Positions 47,552-57,691 of a DNA stretch of 64,000 bases are shown in pieces. The position numbers and the translations under genes were made by a program. The DNA is taken from NCBI GenBank assembly GCA_045585835.1, contig JAZMZG010000016.1, positions 46,099-110,098 on the forward strand, read 5' to 3'. Position 1 is the stretch's first letter. Each line of letters opens with the position of its first letter. Source of the DNA: Eubacteriales bacterium (GTDB lineage Bacteria > Bacillota > Clostridia > Oscillospirales > CAG-272). The notes under the pieces were generated by a model, which searched no databases, had not been told where the DNA came from, and was given only the letters and a program-made list of their open reading frames with translations.

Positions 47552-48613
47552 CTATTCTCCTAATTTATCGTTATCGGGAGGCGAAAGCTCACGGAGCTTT
47601 GATGAAAGATATTTCAAATGAGCAACCACCTTACTGTATTCCATTCGTTTTGGGCCTATGACACCGAGTACACCCCTTGCGCCCGGACCTGCATCGAAAT
47701 TCGTGTAAACTATACCGTAGTCCTTCATGGGAGAGGGTGAGGAGTCGTCGCCGATTATTATGTTTATGCCGTCTTTGGTTTGAATTGCACCCGATGAATT
47801 TTCGGATATAAGCGCAAGCATTTGGTCTTTGTTGTTTGGCAGATTTATTATACCGCTTAGGGTATCACTGTCGGAAAATTCGGGATACTTCAAAAGATTC
47901 GTGACGCCCTCAAGTTCGATGCTGTCTGCGTTGAATTCTCCAAAAGCTTCGTTTAATGTGCTGAGCACGGAGTGAAGCAGCGGGAGCATATATCCCGAAA
48001 GTCCCTCAAGGCTCGATATTACGTTTAAGGTTATCTGCTCTTGCACAAGTCCGCAAAGGGAGCTGTTCAATATATCCACGAGCTTTTGCGTATCGGTGCG
48101 GTCAATGGGCATTTGCGAGCGCAGATGCGAGCTTTTGACAAGTCCGAGAGAGCTTACGATTATTAAAACAAAGTTATGCTCGTCAAGCCAAGTTATCTCA
48201 AATCGCTTAACACTTACACCCGATTTTTTGGGCTTGACGGTTATCGCCGTATAATTAGATAAATAGGAAGCGACCTTTCCCGCGCTTTTAACAAGTTTAT
48301 CAAGCTCCGTCATTTTGTATGACAAAAGACCGTTTATCGCCTCTATCTCCTTAATGCTCATCTCATAGCTTTCCATAAGCTCGTTGACGTAGGCTTGATA
48401 TCCGGCAGTCGTCGGTATGCGTCCTGCGGAGGTGTGAGGCTGATAAAGATACCCGCTTTTTTCAAGCTCCATCATATCGTTACGGACGGTGGCGCTTGAC
48501 CAAGCAAGCTTTTTCGTGTCCGTAAGATACTTTGAACCTACGGGCTCGCCGCCGCTGATATAAGCCTCTACGATATAGCGCAGCGTTTCTTTTTTTCTTT
48601 CACTTATATCCAT
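47552..48613 (-). CDS. hrcA: Heat-inducible transcription repressor HrcA
   Basis: SERKKETLRYIVEAYISGGEPVGSKYL, SSATVRNDMMELEKSGYLYQPHTSAGRIPT. Confidence 0.95.
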   Translation of the reverse strand: MDISERKKETLRYIVEAYISGGEPVGSKYLTDTKKLAWSSATVRNDMMELEKSGYLYQPHTSAGRIPTTAGYQAYVNELMESYEMSIKEIEAINGLLSYKMTELDKLVKSAGKVASYLSNYTAITVKPKKSGVSVKRFEITWLDEHNFVLIIVSSLGLVKSSHLRSQMPIDRTDTQKLVDILNSSLCGLVQEQITLNVISSLEGLSGYMLPLLHSVLSTLNEAFGEFNADSIELEGVTNLLKYPEFSDSDTLSGIINLPNNKDQMLALISENSSGAIQTKDGINIIIGDDSSPSPMKDYGIVYTNFDAGPGARGVLGVIGPKRMEYSKVVAHLKYLSSKLRELSPPDNDKLGE

Positions 48614-48645
48614 ATTATTACACCGTTTGTCTTAAACTTATGCTT

Positions 48646-48672
48646 TTAGCACTCTCGACGTTTAAGTGCTAA
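48646..48672 (-). promoter_or_regulatory. CIRCE operator (HrcA binding site)
   Basis: TTAGCACTC-N9-AAGTGCTAA, one mismatch to the consensus TTAGCACTC-N9-GAGTGCTAA. Lies between the promoter and the hrcA start. Confidence 0.9.
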
Positions 48673-48676
48673 AAAT

Positions 48677-48705
48677 ACAATACTATCCTTTTTCCTCTTT
48701 GTCAA
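48677..48705 (-). promoter_or_regulatory. Sigma-A type promoter of the hrcA-grpE-dnaK-dnaJ operon
   Basis: On the minus strand: TTGACA (48700-48705), 17-nt spacer, TATTGT (48677-48682). Confidence 0.6.
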
Positions 48706-48845
48706 TACCTTTTTGGAAAATTTTGAAAATCCTTCATTTTTGCTTTAATTTGCAAATTATGCCTAATTATGCAAAAATATTCTGTATAAACATCGGAAAA
48801 TGCATAAAAATTATAAAAATATTTAAAAAATATGCATATAAATAC

Positions 48846-48874
48846 TTGACAAAGCCAAAAAAGCGTGATATACT
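48846..48874 (+). promoter_or_regulatory. Sigma-A type promoter of the amino-acid ABC importer operon
   Basis: TTGACA, 17-nt spacer, TGaTATACT. Confidence 0.65.
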
Positions 48875-48924
48875 CCTATCGTGGAAATAATCCCCAATAA
48901 AAATATTAAAAAGAGGTAATTAAA

Positions 48925-49716
48925 ATGAAAAAATCTGTTAAGCTTTTATGTCTTATAATGGCAGTAGCACTTTTAGCAGTCCTTGCTTGCTCTTGCAAGG
49001 GCGGTAAGACAGTAGCTTCTGTAGACGATCTCCCCGGCGCCACAATAGGCGTACAGCAGGGAACCACGGGCGATATCTTCGCAAGCGACTATGAAGAAGA
49101 AGGCTCAACGGTCAACCGCTATTCAAAGGGCGCTGATGCCGTTGTCGCACTCACTACGGGTAAGGTTGACTGCGTTATCATCGACAATGAGCCCGCAAAG
49201 CACTTTGTTGAAGCCAACAAAGGACTTAAAATACTTGAAGAGCCTTTTGCTGTTGAGGATTACGCCATTTGCATCGCAAAGGAAGATACGGAGCTTCTTG
49301 AAGCTATAAATGGCGCACTCAAGGCTCTTAAAGAAGAAGGAACCATTGACAGCATCATCAAAAACTACATAGGCGACGAAACGATCGGCAAATCCCCCTA
49401 CGTTTCACCCGAGGGTGTAGATACTTCTAAGGGCGAGCTCATTATGGCTACGAATGCAGCATTCCCTCCCTATGAATACATAAAGGATAACAAGATCGTC
49501 GGCATCGACGTTGATATTGCACAGGCTATCTGCGATAAGCTTGGTTACAAGCTCGTTATCAATGATATGGAATTCGATTCCATCATCGCTGCAGTTAAGA
49601 CAGGTAAGGCTGATTTCGGTGCTGCGGGTATGACCGTTACAGATGAGCGTCTTGCGGAGATCAACTTCACCGATACCTATGCAACCGGTGTACAGGTTAT
49701 CATCGTTAAGGAATAA
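48925..49716 (+). CDS. Amino-acid ABC transporter substrate-binding lipoprotein
   Basis: Signal peptide with a Cys lipobox region (LAVLACSC). Type 2 periplasmic-binding fold motifs (GIDVDIA, FDSIIAAVKTGKADFGAAGMT). Confidence 0.85.
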   Translation: MKKSVKLLCLIMAVALLAVLACSCKGGKTVASVDDLPGATIGVQQGTTGDIFASDYEEEGSTVNRYSKGADAVVALTTGKVDCVIIDNEPAKHFVEANKGLKILEEPFAVEDYAICIAKEDTELLEAINGALKALKEEGTIDSIIKNYIGDETIGKSPYVSPEGVDTSKGELIMATNAAFPPYEYIKDNKIVGIDVDIAQAICDKLGYKLVINDMEFDSIIAAVKTGKADFGAAGMTVTDERLAEINFTDTYATGVQVIIVKE

Positions 49717-49735
49717 TATATACTTAAAGTAAAGC

Positions 49736-49759
49736 TTGACCGAGACGGTTTATACCGCC
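49736..49759 (+). terminator. Possible intra-operon attenuating hairpin after the binding-protein gene
   Basis: CCGAGACGG-TTTATA-CCGCCTCGG (one mismatch) followed by a T-rich but interrupted tract. Confidence 0.35.
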
Positions 49760-49790
49760 TCGGCTTGCTTTCGTTTTCGAGGAATTTGAA

Positions 49791-50822
49791 ATGAAGAAAA
49801 TTCTCTTTTTCGCACTTATAATCACAGTGCTTTGCACATCGTTTGCTTTCCCTGCTTTTGCAAGTAATGACGGCGTTGAGGTGAAAGTATACCTTGAGGA
49901 TAAATACGAGCCTATAGGCATAACAAGCGTTTGTTACGAGATAGAGGGAGAAAGTAAAAGCGAAAATCTAACCGATGTTGTTTCCTCCATAAAAGAGCCG
50001 GGAAAGATAACTCTTCCCAAAGGTTCAAAGCTCGTTTCCGTAACGGCTGAAGACGGTGAAGTATATTCATACGGTGGCGGAAATACGTCGAAGAAGACTA
50101 CTTTTTCGCTTTACAAAGGCTTTTTTCACAAGATATATACGACAGTATCAAGGGGCGTAAAATCTACGTTTATCGAAGAGGCACGTTGGAAGCTTTTTGT
50201 AAACGGCTTTGGCGTTACCATCGGAATAACGGCAGGTGCTCTTGTTATCGGTATATTTCTCGGCTTTATCGTTGCCATCATACGCTCTACCTACGACAAA
50301 ACGGGAAGATTTAAATTTTTGAATGCGATATGCAAGGTATATCTGACCGTTATAAGAGGAACGCCCGTCGTGGTACAGCTTATGATAATGTACTTCGTAG
50401 TTCTCGCTTCCGTACGTAACGGCATGATCCCCGCAATACTCGCTTTCGGCATAAATTCGGGCGCATACGTTGCGGAGATAGTCAGAAGCGGTATTATGTC
50501 TATTGACAAGGGTCAGTTTGAGGCGGGAAGAAGTCTTGGCTTCAGCTATGCTCAAACGATGGTGCATATAATTTGCCCGCAGGCATTTAAAAACATATTA
50601 CCCGCACTCGGAAACGAATTTATCGCACTTGTAAAGGAAACGTCCATTTCGGGCTACGTTGCCGTGGTTGATATAACCAAGGCGGGAGACACTATCCGTT
50701 CGAATACGTACGCGCCGTTTTTTCCGCTTATCGTCGTTGCGATAATCTATCTTGTGATAGTTATGGGACTTACCAAGCTTATGAACGTCATAGAAAGGAA
50801 GCTTAGAAACAGTGATCACTGA
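49791..50822 (+). CDS. Amino-acid ABC transporter permease (His/Glu/Gln/Arg/opine type) with an extra N-terminal secreted domain
   Basis: The C-terminal ~220 aa carry permease motifs ([36 protein letters not shown]). The first ~110 aa are a signal peptide plus a beta-rich domain. Confidence 0.85.
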   Translation: MKKILFFALIITVLCTSFAFPAFASNDGVEVKVYLEDKYEPIGITSVCYEIEGESKSENLTDVVSSIKEPGKITLPKGSKLVSVTAEDGEVYSYGGGNTSKKTTFSLYKGFFHKIYTTVSRGVKSTFIEEARWKLFVNGFGVTIGITAGALVIGIFLGFIVAIIRSTYDKTGRFKFLNAICKVYLTVIRGTPVVVQLMIMYFVVLASVRNGMIPAILAFGINSGAYVAEIVRSGIMSIDKGQFEAGRSLGFSYAQTMVHIICPQAFKNILPALGNEFIALVKETSISGYVAVVDITKAGDTIRSNTYAPFFPLIVVAIIYLVIVMGLTKLMNVIERKLRNSDH

Positions 50823-51549
50823 TACGATAATCAAGGTTGAAGACTTGCATAAAAGCTTCGGCAAAATACAAGTTTTAAACGGAATATCAACGGAGCTTAA
50901 AAGAGGAAGCGTTACGGTCATAATCGGACCCTCCGGCTCGGGCAAAAGCACGTTTTTGCGCTGCCTTAACCTTCTTGAAGAGCCCACGGGAGGAAAGATA
51001 TTTATAAACGGTGAGGATATAACGGATAAAAAAGCAAACGTTGACCTTATACGCCGAAGGATAGGAATGGTATTCCAACACTTTAATCTTTTCCCGCATA
51101 AAACTATTTTGGAAAATATGACTCTTGCACCCATAAAGCTTTTGAAAAAAACGAAAGCGGAGGCAGAAAGTAAGGCTATGGCGCTTCTTGAAAGAGTCGG
51201 ACTTGCCGACAGAGCGGGAGCATATCCGTCACAGCTTTCGGGCGGTCAGAAGCAGAGAATAGCGATAGTCAGAGCGCTTTGTATGGACCCCGAGGTAATG
51301 CTCTTTGACGAGCCGACCTCCGCACTCGATCCCGAAATGGTCGGAGAGGTTTTGGACGTTATGAAGGAGCTTGCAAAAAGCGGAATGACGATGGTTGTCG
51401 TAACCCACGAAATGAGCTTTGCAAAAGAGGTCGGCGACAGAGTTGTGTTCATTGACGATGGAACGATAATGGAGGACGCATCTCCCGAGGAATTTTTCAC
51501 GAATCCCAAGAGTGAGCGTTTGCGTGAGTTTTTAAGTAAGGTGCTGTAA
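50812..51549 (+). CDS. Amino-acid ABC transporter ATP-binding protein
   Basis: GTG start overlapping the permease end. Walker [10 protein letters not shown], signature LSGGQKQR, Walker [11 protein letters not shown]. Confidence 0.95.
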   Translation: MITDTIIKVEDLHKSFGKIQVLNGISTELKRGSVTVIIGPSGSGKSTFLRCLNLLEEPTGGKIFINGEDITDKKANVDLIRRRIGMVFQHFNLFPHKTILENMTLAPIKLLKKTKAEAESKAMALLERVGLADRAGAYPSQLSGGQKQRIAIVRALCMDPEVMLFDEPTSALDPEMVGEVLDVMKELAKSGMTMVVVTHEMSFAKEVGDRVVFIDDGTIMEDASPEEFFTNPKSERLREFLSKVL

Positions 51550-52932
51550 ATGAAAAAAATGAGCATAAGGGGCAGACTCCTTCTTGCGTACGGAATCGTG
51601 CTTGCGGCGATCATGACCCTGCTTGTGTTTGCTTTCGGCTTGATATTGACAGGCTACACAAACAGCCGTGTAGCGGGACAAATATCGAAGTTTTACGGGC
51701 TTGCGGAGGATTACGCTCGGACGTATGACGTAAACGATGAGGAATACGGTGACAAGCTGTTTGATGAGATAAAACGCCGTATTTATGCATCGAGTGACGT
51801 TGAGGCGATAATAATTGAAAAAAACTACGGCGCCATTATACAAAATATAAATTTTGATAACGAAGGAAGACTTGAAGAAACCGCAGCACTTGCCGAAGCC
51901 ACCGCAAAGGATAGCTTCGAGCTTGGAAAGACGAAGTATTTTACCACAAGCTTCGGAAGATACGTTGCGGTAAAATTTTCGCTCGGGGAGAGCGATACGT
52001 ATAAAGACTGCCGCATAGTCGTATATGCCGATTTGAGCTTATACGGCGAGATCATCAAGGGCTCGGAGGACGTTTTACGCTCCGCCTCAATCGTCGCAGC
52101 ACTGATAATGTTCGTTGCGGTGTTTTTCGTATCAAACGCCCTTTCGTCACAGATAAAGAAGCTCTGCAGCTTTGCAAACAAGCTCGGACACGGAGATTTT
52201 ACGACGCACAAAGAGGATTTCAGCGTAAGAGAGCTTCACGAGCTTGCGGAAAATATGAATACTGCGGCACTAAAGCTTGATAAATACGATAAGGAGCAAA
52301 AGCAATTCTTCCAAAACGTATCGCACGAGCTTCGCACGCCCCTTATGTCGATACAAGGCTATGCCGAGGGCATACAGTACGGCATATTCCCCGACAATAA
52401 AGAAGCGGCGGGAGTTATCGTTGACGAAAGCAAACGTCTTACGGAAATGCTTGAGCAGATGCTGTATATTTCGAAGATGGATAAAAGCGAAATGAAGAAG
52501 GAGCTTTGCAATCTAAGCGACATCTTGCGAAGCGCAAGAGAAAAGCTTGAGGGGCTTACCGTAAACAGCGAAAAGCAAATGATATTAAATCTCCCCGAAC
52601 GTGACGTATTTATAAACGGCGATTCGGACGCACTTTTACGTGCGTTTATGAACGTCATATCAAACGGTTTAAGATATGCCGCACGATGCGTCGTCGTAGA
52701 GCTTACCGAGAAAGAAGGACTTGTCAAGGTCAGCGTCAGCGATGACGGTGCGGGGATTGACGAAAACGATATAGAGCATATATTCGACCGCTTTTATAAG
52801 GGCAAAAAGGGAAAGCACGGCATAGGGCTTTCCATAGCAAAGGGCATAAGCGACGCACATAAGGCGAGACTGAAGGCGGAGAACGTAGACGGCGGCGGAG
52901 CACGCTTTACGTTTGAATTTAACATTGAATAG
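51550..52932 (+). CDS. Sensor histidine kinase (two TM helices, extracytoplasmic domain, HAMP, HisKA, HATPase_c)
   Basis: H-box FFQNVSHELRTPL, N box NVISNGLRYA, G boxes DDGAGI and GIGLSIA. The ATG abuts the ABC ATPase stop (TAAATG). Confidence 0.9.
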   Translation: MKKMSIRGRLLLAYGIVLAAIMTLLVFAFGLILTGYTNSRVAGQISKFYGLAEDYARTYDVNDEEYGDKLFDEIKRRIYASSDVEAIIIEKNYGAIIQNINFDNEGRLEETAALAEATAKDSFELGKTKYFTTSFGRYVAVKFSLGESDTYKDCRIVVYADLSLYGEIIKGSEDVLRSASIVAALIMFVAVFFVSNALSSQIKKLCSFANKLGHGDFTTHKEDFSVRELHELAENMNTAALKLDKYDKEQKQFFQNVSHELRTPLMSIQGYAEGIQYGIFPDNKEAAGVIVDESKRLTEMLEQMLYISKMDKSEMKKELCNLSDILRSAREKLEGLTVNSEKQMILNLPERDVFINGDSDALLRAFMNVISNGLRYAARCVVVELTEKEGLVKVSVSDDGAGIDENDIEHIFDRFYKGKKGKHGIGLSIAKGISDAHKARLKAENVDGGGARFTFEFNIE

Positions 52933-52947
52933 AAATATCCCGACGGA

Positions 52948-53298
52948 GTGGGGGGTGAATTTTTGAATCCCGCGTATTATATACCGATAGCTGTGATGTT
53001 TTTGATCATATTTTGGACGATGAGAAGCCAAAAGCAGATGATGGTAAAACAGCTTATGAAAAAAAGAAATTCGGAGGACGAAATGATTGAATTTGCCAAG
53101 AGATTTATTGATAAGGAATGTCTCATCTACACGTTTAACGGAAATCAAATAGACGGGATCATCAAGGAGGTCGCAGACGGAGCTCTTTTGGTTGAAAGTA
53201 AAGGCACCGTCGAAGCGGTAAATATTGATTTCGTTATGAGGATACGAGAGTATCCGAAAAACAAAAACGGAAAGAAAAAGTCCGTTATTCTTGATTAA
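52948..53298 (+). CDS. Small membrane protein, architecture reminiscent of YajC (tentative)
   Basis: One TM helix followed by MRSQKQM and a small beta domain. The start is uncertain (GTG 52948 or TTG 52963). Confidence 0.45.
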   Translation: MGGEFLNPAYYIPIAVMFLIIFWTMRSQKQMMVKQLMKKRNSEDEMIEFAKRFIDKECLIYTFNGNQIDGIIKEVADGALLVESKGTVEAVNIDFVMRIREYPKNKNGKKKSVILD

Positions 53299-53316
53299 AA
53301 ATAGAAATCATAGAAA

Positions 53317-53358
53317 ACACCCAACCTTCCGAAAACGGAGAGTTGGGTGTCAATTTTT
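53317..53358. terminator. Bidirectional intrinsic terminator
   Basis: ACACCCAAC...GTTGGGTGT with an inner stem, followed by CAATTTTTT. Confidence 0.7.
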
Positions 53359-55238
53359 TATTCAAGCTCGAATGCGCCCGTATAAAGTCTGTAGTACGTG
53401 CCTTTTTCCGAAATAAGCTTTTCGTGATTACCTCTTTCGATTATGCGGCCGTGGTCAAGTACCATAATTACGTCGGAATTTCTTACGGTTGAGAGCCTGT
53501 GAGCAATAACGAATACGGTTCTGCCTTCCATAAGCTTATCCATACCCTTTTGAACTATCGCTTCCGTTCTCGTATCAATGGAGCTTGTTGCCTCGTCCAT
53601 TATCATTACGGGCGGGTCGGCAACGGCGGCTCTCGCGATAGCGATAAGCTGGCGCTGTCCTTGGGAAAGGTTTGCACCGTTATTTTCAAGCACGGTTTCA
53701 TAGCCCTTGGGAAGTCTTTTTATAAAGTCGTCTGCGCCCACGAGCTTTGCCGCCTCGATACATTCGTTATCGCTTGCGTCGAGCTTGCCGTAGCGGATAT
53801 TGTCCATAACCGTTCCCGTAAAGAGATTCGTTTCCTGCAAAACGATGCCGAGGGAACGTCGAAGGTCGGATTTCTTTATCTTATTGATGTTTATTCCGTC
53901 ATAACGTATCTTGCCGTCTTCAATATCGTAGAAACGGTTTATGAGATTCGTTATCGTGGTCTTGCCCGCACCCGTAGCACCGACGAATGCGACCTTTTGA
54001 CCGGGATTTGCGTATACGCTTACGTCGTGAAGAACTTGCTTGCCTTCCTCGTAGGAGAAGTCGACGTTTAAAAGCTGAACGTCGCCCTTTAAGGCAGTAT
54101 ATGTGATACTGCCGTCGCCGTGAGGATGCTTCCAAGCCCACATACCCGTCCTTTTTTCCGAGGGGACGATATTGCCGTTTTCGTCCGTTTTTGCGTTGAC
54201 GAGGGTAACGTACCCATCATCAGTTTCGGGCTCCCTGTCCATAAGGTCAAATATTCTTTGCGCTCCCGCCATAGCCATTACTATGGAGTTTACTTGCTGT
54301 GAGACTTGGTTTATGTTACCCGTGAACTGCTTTGTCATATTAAGGAAGGGGACGAGAACGCTTACCGTCACGACGTTTATACCCGTAAGGCAAGGATTAG
54401 GCGCACCCGTTGCGATAAGGATGCCGCCGAGAGTTACGATAAGAACGTAGAGTATGTTACCTATGTTCATTATAACGGGGCCGAGTATATTTGCATATGC
54501 GTGCGCCTTGTAGCTTTCCTCAAAAAGCTTGTCGTTTATTTTGTCAAATCCGCTTATACATTCCTTCTCGTGAGAGAACACCTTGACGACCTTTTGCCCG
54601 TTTATCGTTTCTTGCACGTAGCCTTCGAATTGTCCTATAGATTTTTGCTGACGTACGAAGAATTTCGCGCTTCCGCCGCCGAATTTCTTTGAAACGAATA
54701 TCATAAGAAATACGCCGATTACTACTGCAAGAGTAAGCCATAAGCTGAACTTTAGCATAATTACAAATACGCAAAGCACTATGGATATCGAATTAAGCAG
54801 TGCGGGGAAGGACTGCGATACGAGCTGACGGAGCGTGTCTATGTCGTTTGTGTAGTAGCTCATTATATCGCCGTGCTTTTTCGTATCGAAAAATCTTATC
54901 GGAAGATTTTGCATACCGTTGTACATCGCACAGCGCATCTTTGCAAGAAATCCTTGCGTCATATACGCCATAAGCTGTTGATACGTGGTAATGGCGGCAA
55001 TGGAGAGCACGTAAAGGCATATGAGTATGAGCACCTTGGGAAGAACCTCGGCGCTTGCGGCGGCGACGTCACCGCTTTCGGACCATTTTTCGATAACTTC
55101 GATAACGCTTTGGACAAAGAGCGCGGGAATAGCGGAAACAAGTGCCGAAAATACGATACAGACCGCCGTTATGGGAGCCAGCACCGGATAGAACTTAAAA
55201 AGCATTTTGAGTATTCGGGGAATAAGCTTTTTCTTCAT
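53358..55238 (-). CDS. ABC exporter, fused permease/ATPase, consensus-site subunit of a heterodimer
   Basis: Six TM helices. Walker A GATGAGKTT, LSQGQRQ, Walker B MIMDEATSSID with the catalytic Glu. Confidence 0.9.
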   Translation of the reverse strand: MKKKLIPRILKMLFKFYPVLAPITAVCIVFSALVSAIPALFVQSVIEVIEKWSESGDVAAASAEVLPKVLILICLYVLSIAAITTYQQLMAYMTQGFLAKMRCAMYNGMQNLPIRFFDTKKHGDIMSYYTNDIDTLRQLVSQSFPALLNSISIVLCVFVIMLKFSLWLTLAVVIGVFLMIFVSKKFGGGSAKFFVRQQKSIGQFEGYVQETINGQKVVKVFSHEKECISGFDKINDKLFEESYKAHAYANILGPVIMNIGNILYVLIVTLGGILIATGAPNPCLTGINVVTVSVLVPFLNMTKQFTGNINQVSQQVNSIVMAMAGAQRIFDLMDREPETDDGYVTLVNAKTDENGNIVPSEKRTGMWAWKHPHGDGSITYTALKGDVQLLNVDFSYEEGKQVLHDVSVYANPGQKVAFVGATGAGKTTITNLINRFYDIEDGKIRYDGININKIKKSDLRRSLGIVLQETNLFTGTVMDNIRYGKLDASDNECIEAAKLVGADDFIKRLPKGYETVLENNGANLSQGQRQLIAIARAAVADPPVMIMDEATSSIDTRTEAIVQKGMDKLMEGRTVFVIAHRLSTVRNSDVIMVLDHGRIIERGNHEKLISEKGTYYRLYTGAFELE

Positions 55239-56965
55239 TCTTCGTCGCCTCCCTTCGTTTGCTGATCGTATATTTCTTTGTAGATATGGCTAGTCTCAAG
55301 AAGCTCCTTATGAGTGCCTACGGCGGATATCTTACCGCCGTCGAGAACGATTATCATATCCGCATCTTCAACCGATGCAACTCTTTGAGCAATAATGATC
55401 TTCGTCGTTTCGGGGATATATTCCTTAAAGCCCGCACGTATGAGTGCGTCCGTCTTCATATCGACGGCGCTGGTGGAGTCGTCCAAAATGAGCACCTTCG
55501 GCTTCTTTAAAAGGGCTCTCGCAATACAAAGGCGTTGCTTTTGACCGCCCGAAACGTTCGTTCCGCCTTGCTCTATCTTCGTTTCATAGCCGTCGGGGAA
55601 GCTTTCGATAAATTCAGCCGCCTGCGCAAGCTTGCACGCTTCTCTTATCTCCTCGTCCGTAGCGTCCTTATTTCCCCAACGCAGATTTTCGCTTATCGTG
55701 CCGGAGAAGAGGAGATTTTTTTGAAGCACCATCGAAACGCTGTTTCGCAAGGTTTCAAGGTCGTATTCTCTGACGTCTCTTCCGTCAAGCTTAACGGAGC
55801 CCACGCTTACGTCGTAAAGACGGGGTATAAGCTGCACGAGCGTTGTTTTACTTGAGCCCGTACCGCCCAAGATGCCTACGGTCATACCCGATTTGATTTC
55901 GAGGTTTATGTTCTCAAGCGCGTATATTTCGGCGTCCTTCGAATACTTAAAGCTTACGTTTTCAAAGGAGATAGCACCGCTTTTGATTTCATAAACGGGA
56001 TTTTCGGGGTTAGTAAGTGCAGGTTCTTCCGTTAAGAGTTCGTTTATACGCTTAAACGACTCTACGGACATCGTAAGCATAACGTATATCATTCCGAGCA
56101 TCATAAGCGACATAAGTATCTGCACGCCGTATGTGAGCATCGCTGAAATTTCGCCTATGCCGATAGCGCCGCCGACGGACATTTTTGAGCCGACGATGAG
56201 CACGAACGCCATATTGAAGTAAATGCAAAACTGCATTATGGGTGAGTTAAGTGCAACAAGGCGCTCTGCCTTCGTGAAGTCTACGCGTATATCCTCGGAC
56301 GCCTTTGCGAACTTTTCCTTTTCGTATTCTTCACGGGAGAAGCCTTTTACAACACGCATGCCTCTTACGTTTTCTTCAATTGATTCGTTGAGCTTGTCGT
56401 ATTTCTTAAATACCCTTCTGAAAGCGGGCATCGCCTTGCGGCTTACCATAAGAAGTCCGAAAATGAGCACGGGTATAACGATAACGAAGGTCGTCGCAAG
56501 CGCTCCGCCCATAATGTAAGCCATTATTATTGAAAAGATAAGCATAAGCGGGCTTCGTATCGCTATGCGGATAAGCATCATATACGACATCTGTGCGTTT
56601 ACGACGTCGGTCGTGATACGTGTGACAAGTGATGCGGAAGAAAATTTATCTATATTTTCAAAGGTGTAGGTCTGTATCTTTGAAAATATATCGTGCCTTA
56701 GATTTTTGGAAAATCCGCTTGAGGCTTTAGCGCAGGTAAATCCCGCAATACCGCCGCAGGCAAGAGATAATATGGCAAGAAATATCAAAATGCCGCCCGT
56801 TTTGAGTATGTAACCCATATCTACGCCGGCTTCAATTTCGTTGACGAGATTTGCCGTAATGAAGGGAATTATGGCTTCGATGATAGCTTCGCCCACGATA
56901 AAAATGAGCGTGAGGATCGTCGGAAGCTTGTATTCCCGCACACTTTTGAAGATTCGTTTAAACAT
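55235..56965 (-). CDS. ABC exporter, fused permease/ATPase, degenerate-site subunit of a heterodimer
   Basis: Walker A GGTGSSKTT, VSGGQKQR, Walker B LILDDSTSAVD (Asp replaces the catalytic Glu). 4-nt overlap with its partner. Confidence 0.9.
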   Translation of the reverse strand: MFKRIFKSVREYKLPTILTLIFIVGEAIIEAIIPFITANLVNEIEAGVDMGYILKTGGILIFLAILSLACGGIAGFTCAKASSGFSKNLRHDIFSKIQTYTFENIDKFSSASLVTRITTDVVNAQMSYMMLIRIAIRSPLMLIFSIIMAYIMGGALATTFVIVIPVLIFGLLMVSRKAMPAFRRVFKKYDKLNESIEENVRGMRVVKGFSREEYEKEKFAKASEDIRVDFTKAERLVALNSPIMQFCIYFNMAFVLIVGSKMSVGGAIGIGEISAMLTYGVQILMSLMMLGMIYVMLTMSVESFKRINELLTEEPALTNPENPVYEIKSGAISFENVSFKYSKDAEIYALENINLEIKSGMTVGILGGTGSSKTTLVQLIPRLYDVSVGSVKLDGRDVREYDLETLRNSVSMVLQKNLLFSGTISENLRWGNKDATDEEIREACKLAQAAEFIESFPDGYETKIEQGGTNVSGGQKQRLCIARALLKKPKVLILDDSTSAVDMKTDALIRAGFKEYIPETTKIIIAQRVASVEDADMIIVLDGGKISAVGTHKELLETSHIYKEIYDQQTKGGDEE

Positions 56966-56995
56966 AGCTTTATAATCCTTTCTTTACAAATCTTT

Positions 56996-57024
56996 ATTAT
57001 ACAACAAATATATCTTAAAGTCAA
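56996..57024 (-). promoter_or_regulatory. Sigma-A type promoter of the ABC exporter operon
   Basis: On the minus strand: TTGACT (57019-57024), 17-nt spacer, TATAAT (56996-57001). Confidence 0.6.
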
Positions 57025-57087
57025 TCAAAAAGGGCGGTAATGTTGCGGCAAAATATTAGGCATTAGGCAGTAGGGAGTAGAGAATGA

Positions 57088-57120
57088 ATAAAAAGCGCCT
57101 CCCTCAGAGCGAGGGAGGCG
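57088..57120 (-). terminator. Intrinsic terminator of the two-gene membrane operon
   Basis: On the minus strand: CGCCTCCCTC-GCTCT-GAGGGAGGCG followed by CTTTTTATT. Confidence 0.8.
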
Positions 57121-57126
57121 AGAAGA

Positions 57127-57690
57127 CTATTCTTCGTGGCTTTTCATAAATTCATCGTGGCGCCTATATAACTTTCTCCACACGGCTCCGTATACGCACG
57201 CGTATATCACAAGATACGGCAGAAGATACAGCAAGTGGCAGCCGACGTAGACAAGGTAATCTTTAGCCTCCGGACTTGCCATCATATTTTCAATAAGCTC
57301 CTTGCGCCCCGACGGAACGTAATAGAGCTTCGTGAAAATTAAATTCGCGGGAGCGGCAAGGTACATACCGTAATACCAAAAGGTGCTGATTACAAGCCGA
57401 ACTATCTCGGTTGGGAGAACTATTGCAAGGAAGTGGAAAAACCACAGCTTTCTGTCGGGATTCGGGGAAAAATGCTTATGCGCGGATTTGTAGAAAAATC
57501 GCGACAAAACGAAGATGGGAAGCGCTACGGTTACGAGGAATATCACGAAGTATTTTACCGTATTTGAAACGCTGTCCCAGCCGAGCGCAGTCAGTATAAG
57601 CTGCATGACGAGAAACGACGGTGCGTGAAGAAGAAAGCTTTTAGCCATATATACCTGCGCGTCCTTTGCAATGCTGTCCTGATACATCAC
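57127..57690 (-). CDS. Hypothetical polytopic membrane protein
   Basis: About 5 hydrophobic helices. Starts 1 nt after the stop of the upstream gene. No family recognised. Confidence 0.6.
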   Translation of the reverse strand: MMYQDSIAKDAQVYMAKSFLLHAPSFLVMQLILTALGWDSVSNTVKYFVIFLVTVALPIFVLSRFFYKSAHKHFSPNPDRKLWFFHFLAIVLPTEIVRLVISTFWYYGMYLAAPANLIFTKLYYVPSGRKELIENMMASPEAKDYLVYVGCHLLYLLPYLVIYACVYGAVWRKLYRRHDEFMKSHEE

Positions 57691-57691
57691 T

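Noticed and set aside
48666-48890. A 74-aa ORF in the AT-rich hrcA / ABC importer intergenic region.
   Set aside because: It covers CIRCE and two divergent promoters. The translation is Lys/Ile/Phe-rich, as expected from AT-rich non-coding DNA, and there is no SD.
57056-57090. Degenerate heptamer run TTAGGCA TTAGGCA GTAGGGA GTAGAGA ATGAATA. A similar ATAGGCA TTAGGAA string lies at 1180-1207, just after the CPBP gene.
   Set aside because: There are only two short, imperfect occurrences. Shared 11-mers are expected by chance in 64 kb. I cannot show it is a repeat family without a genome-wide count.
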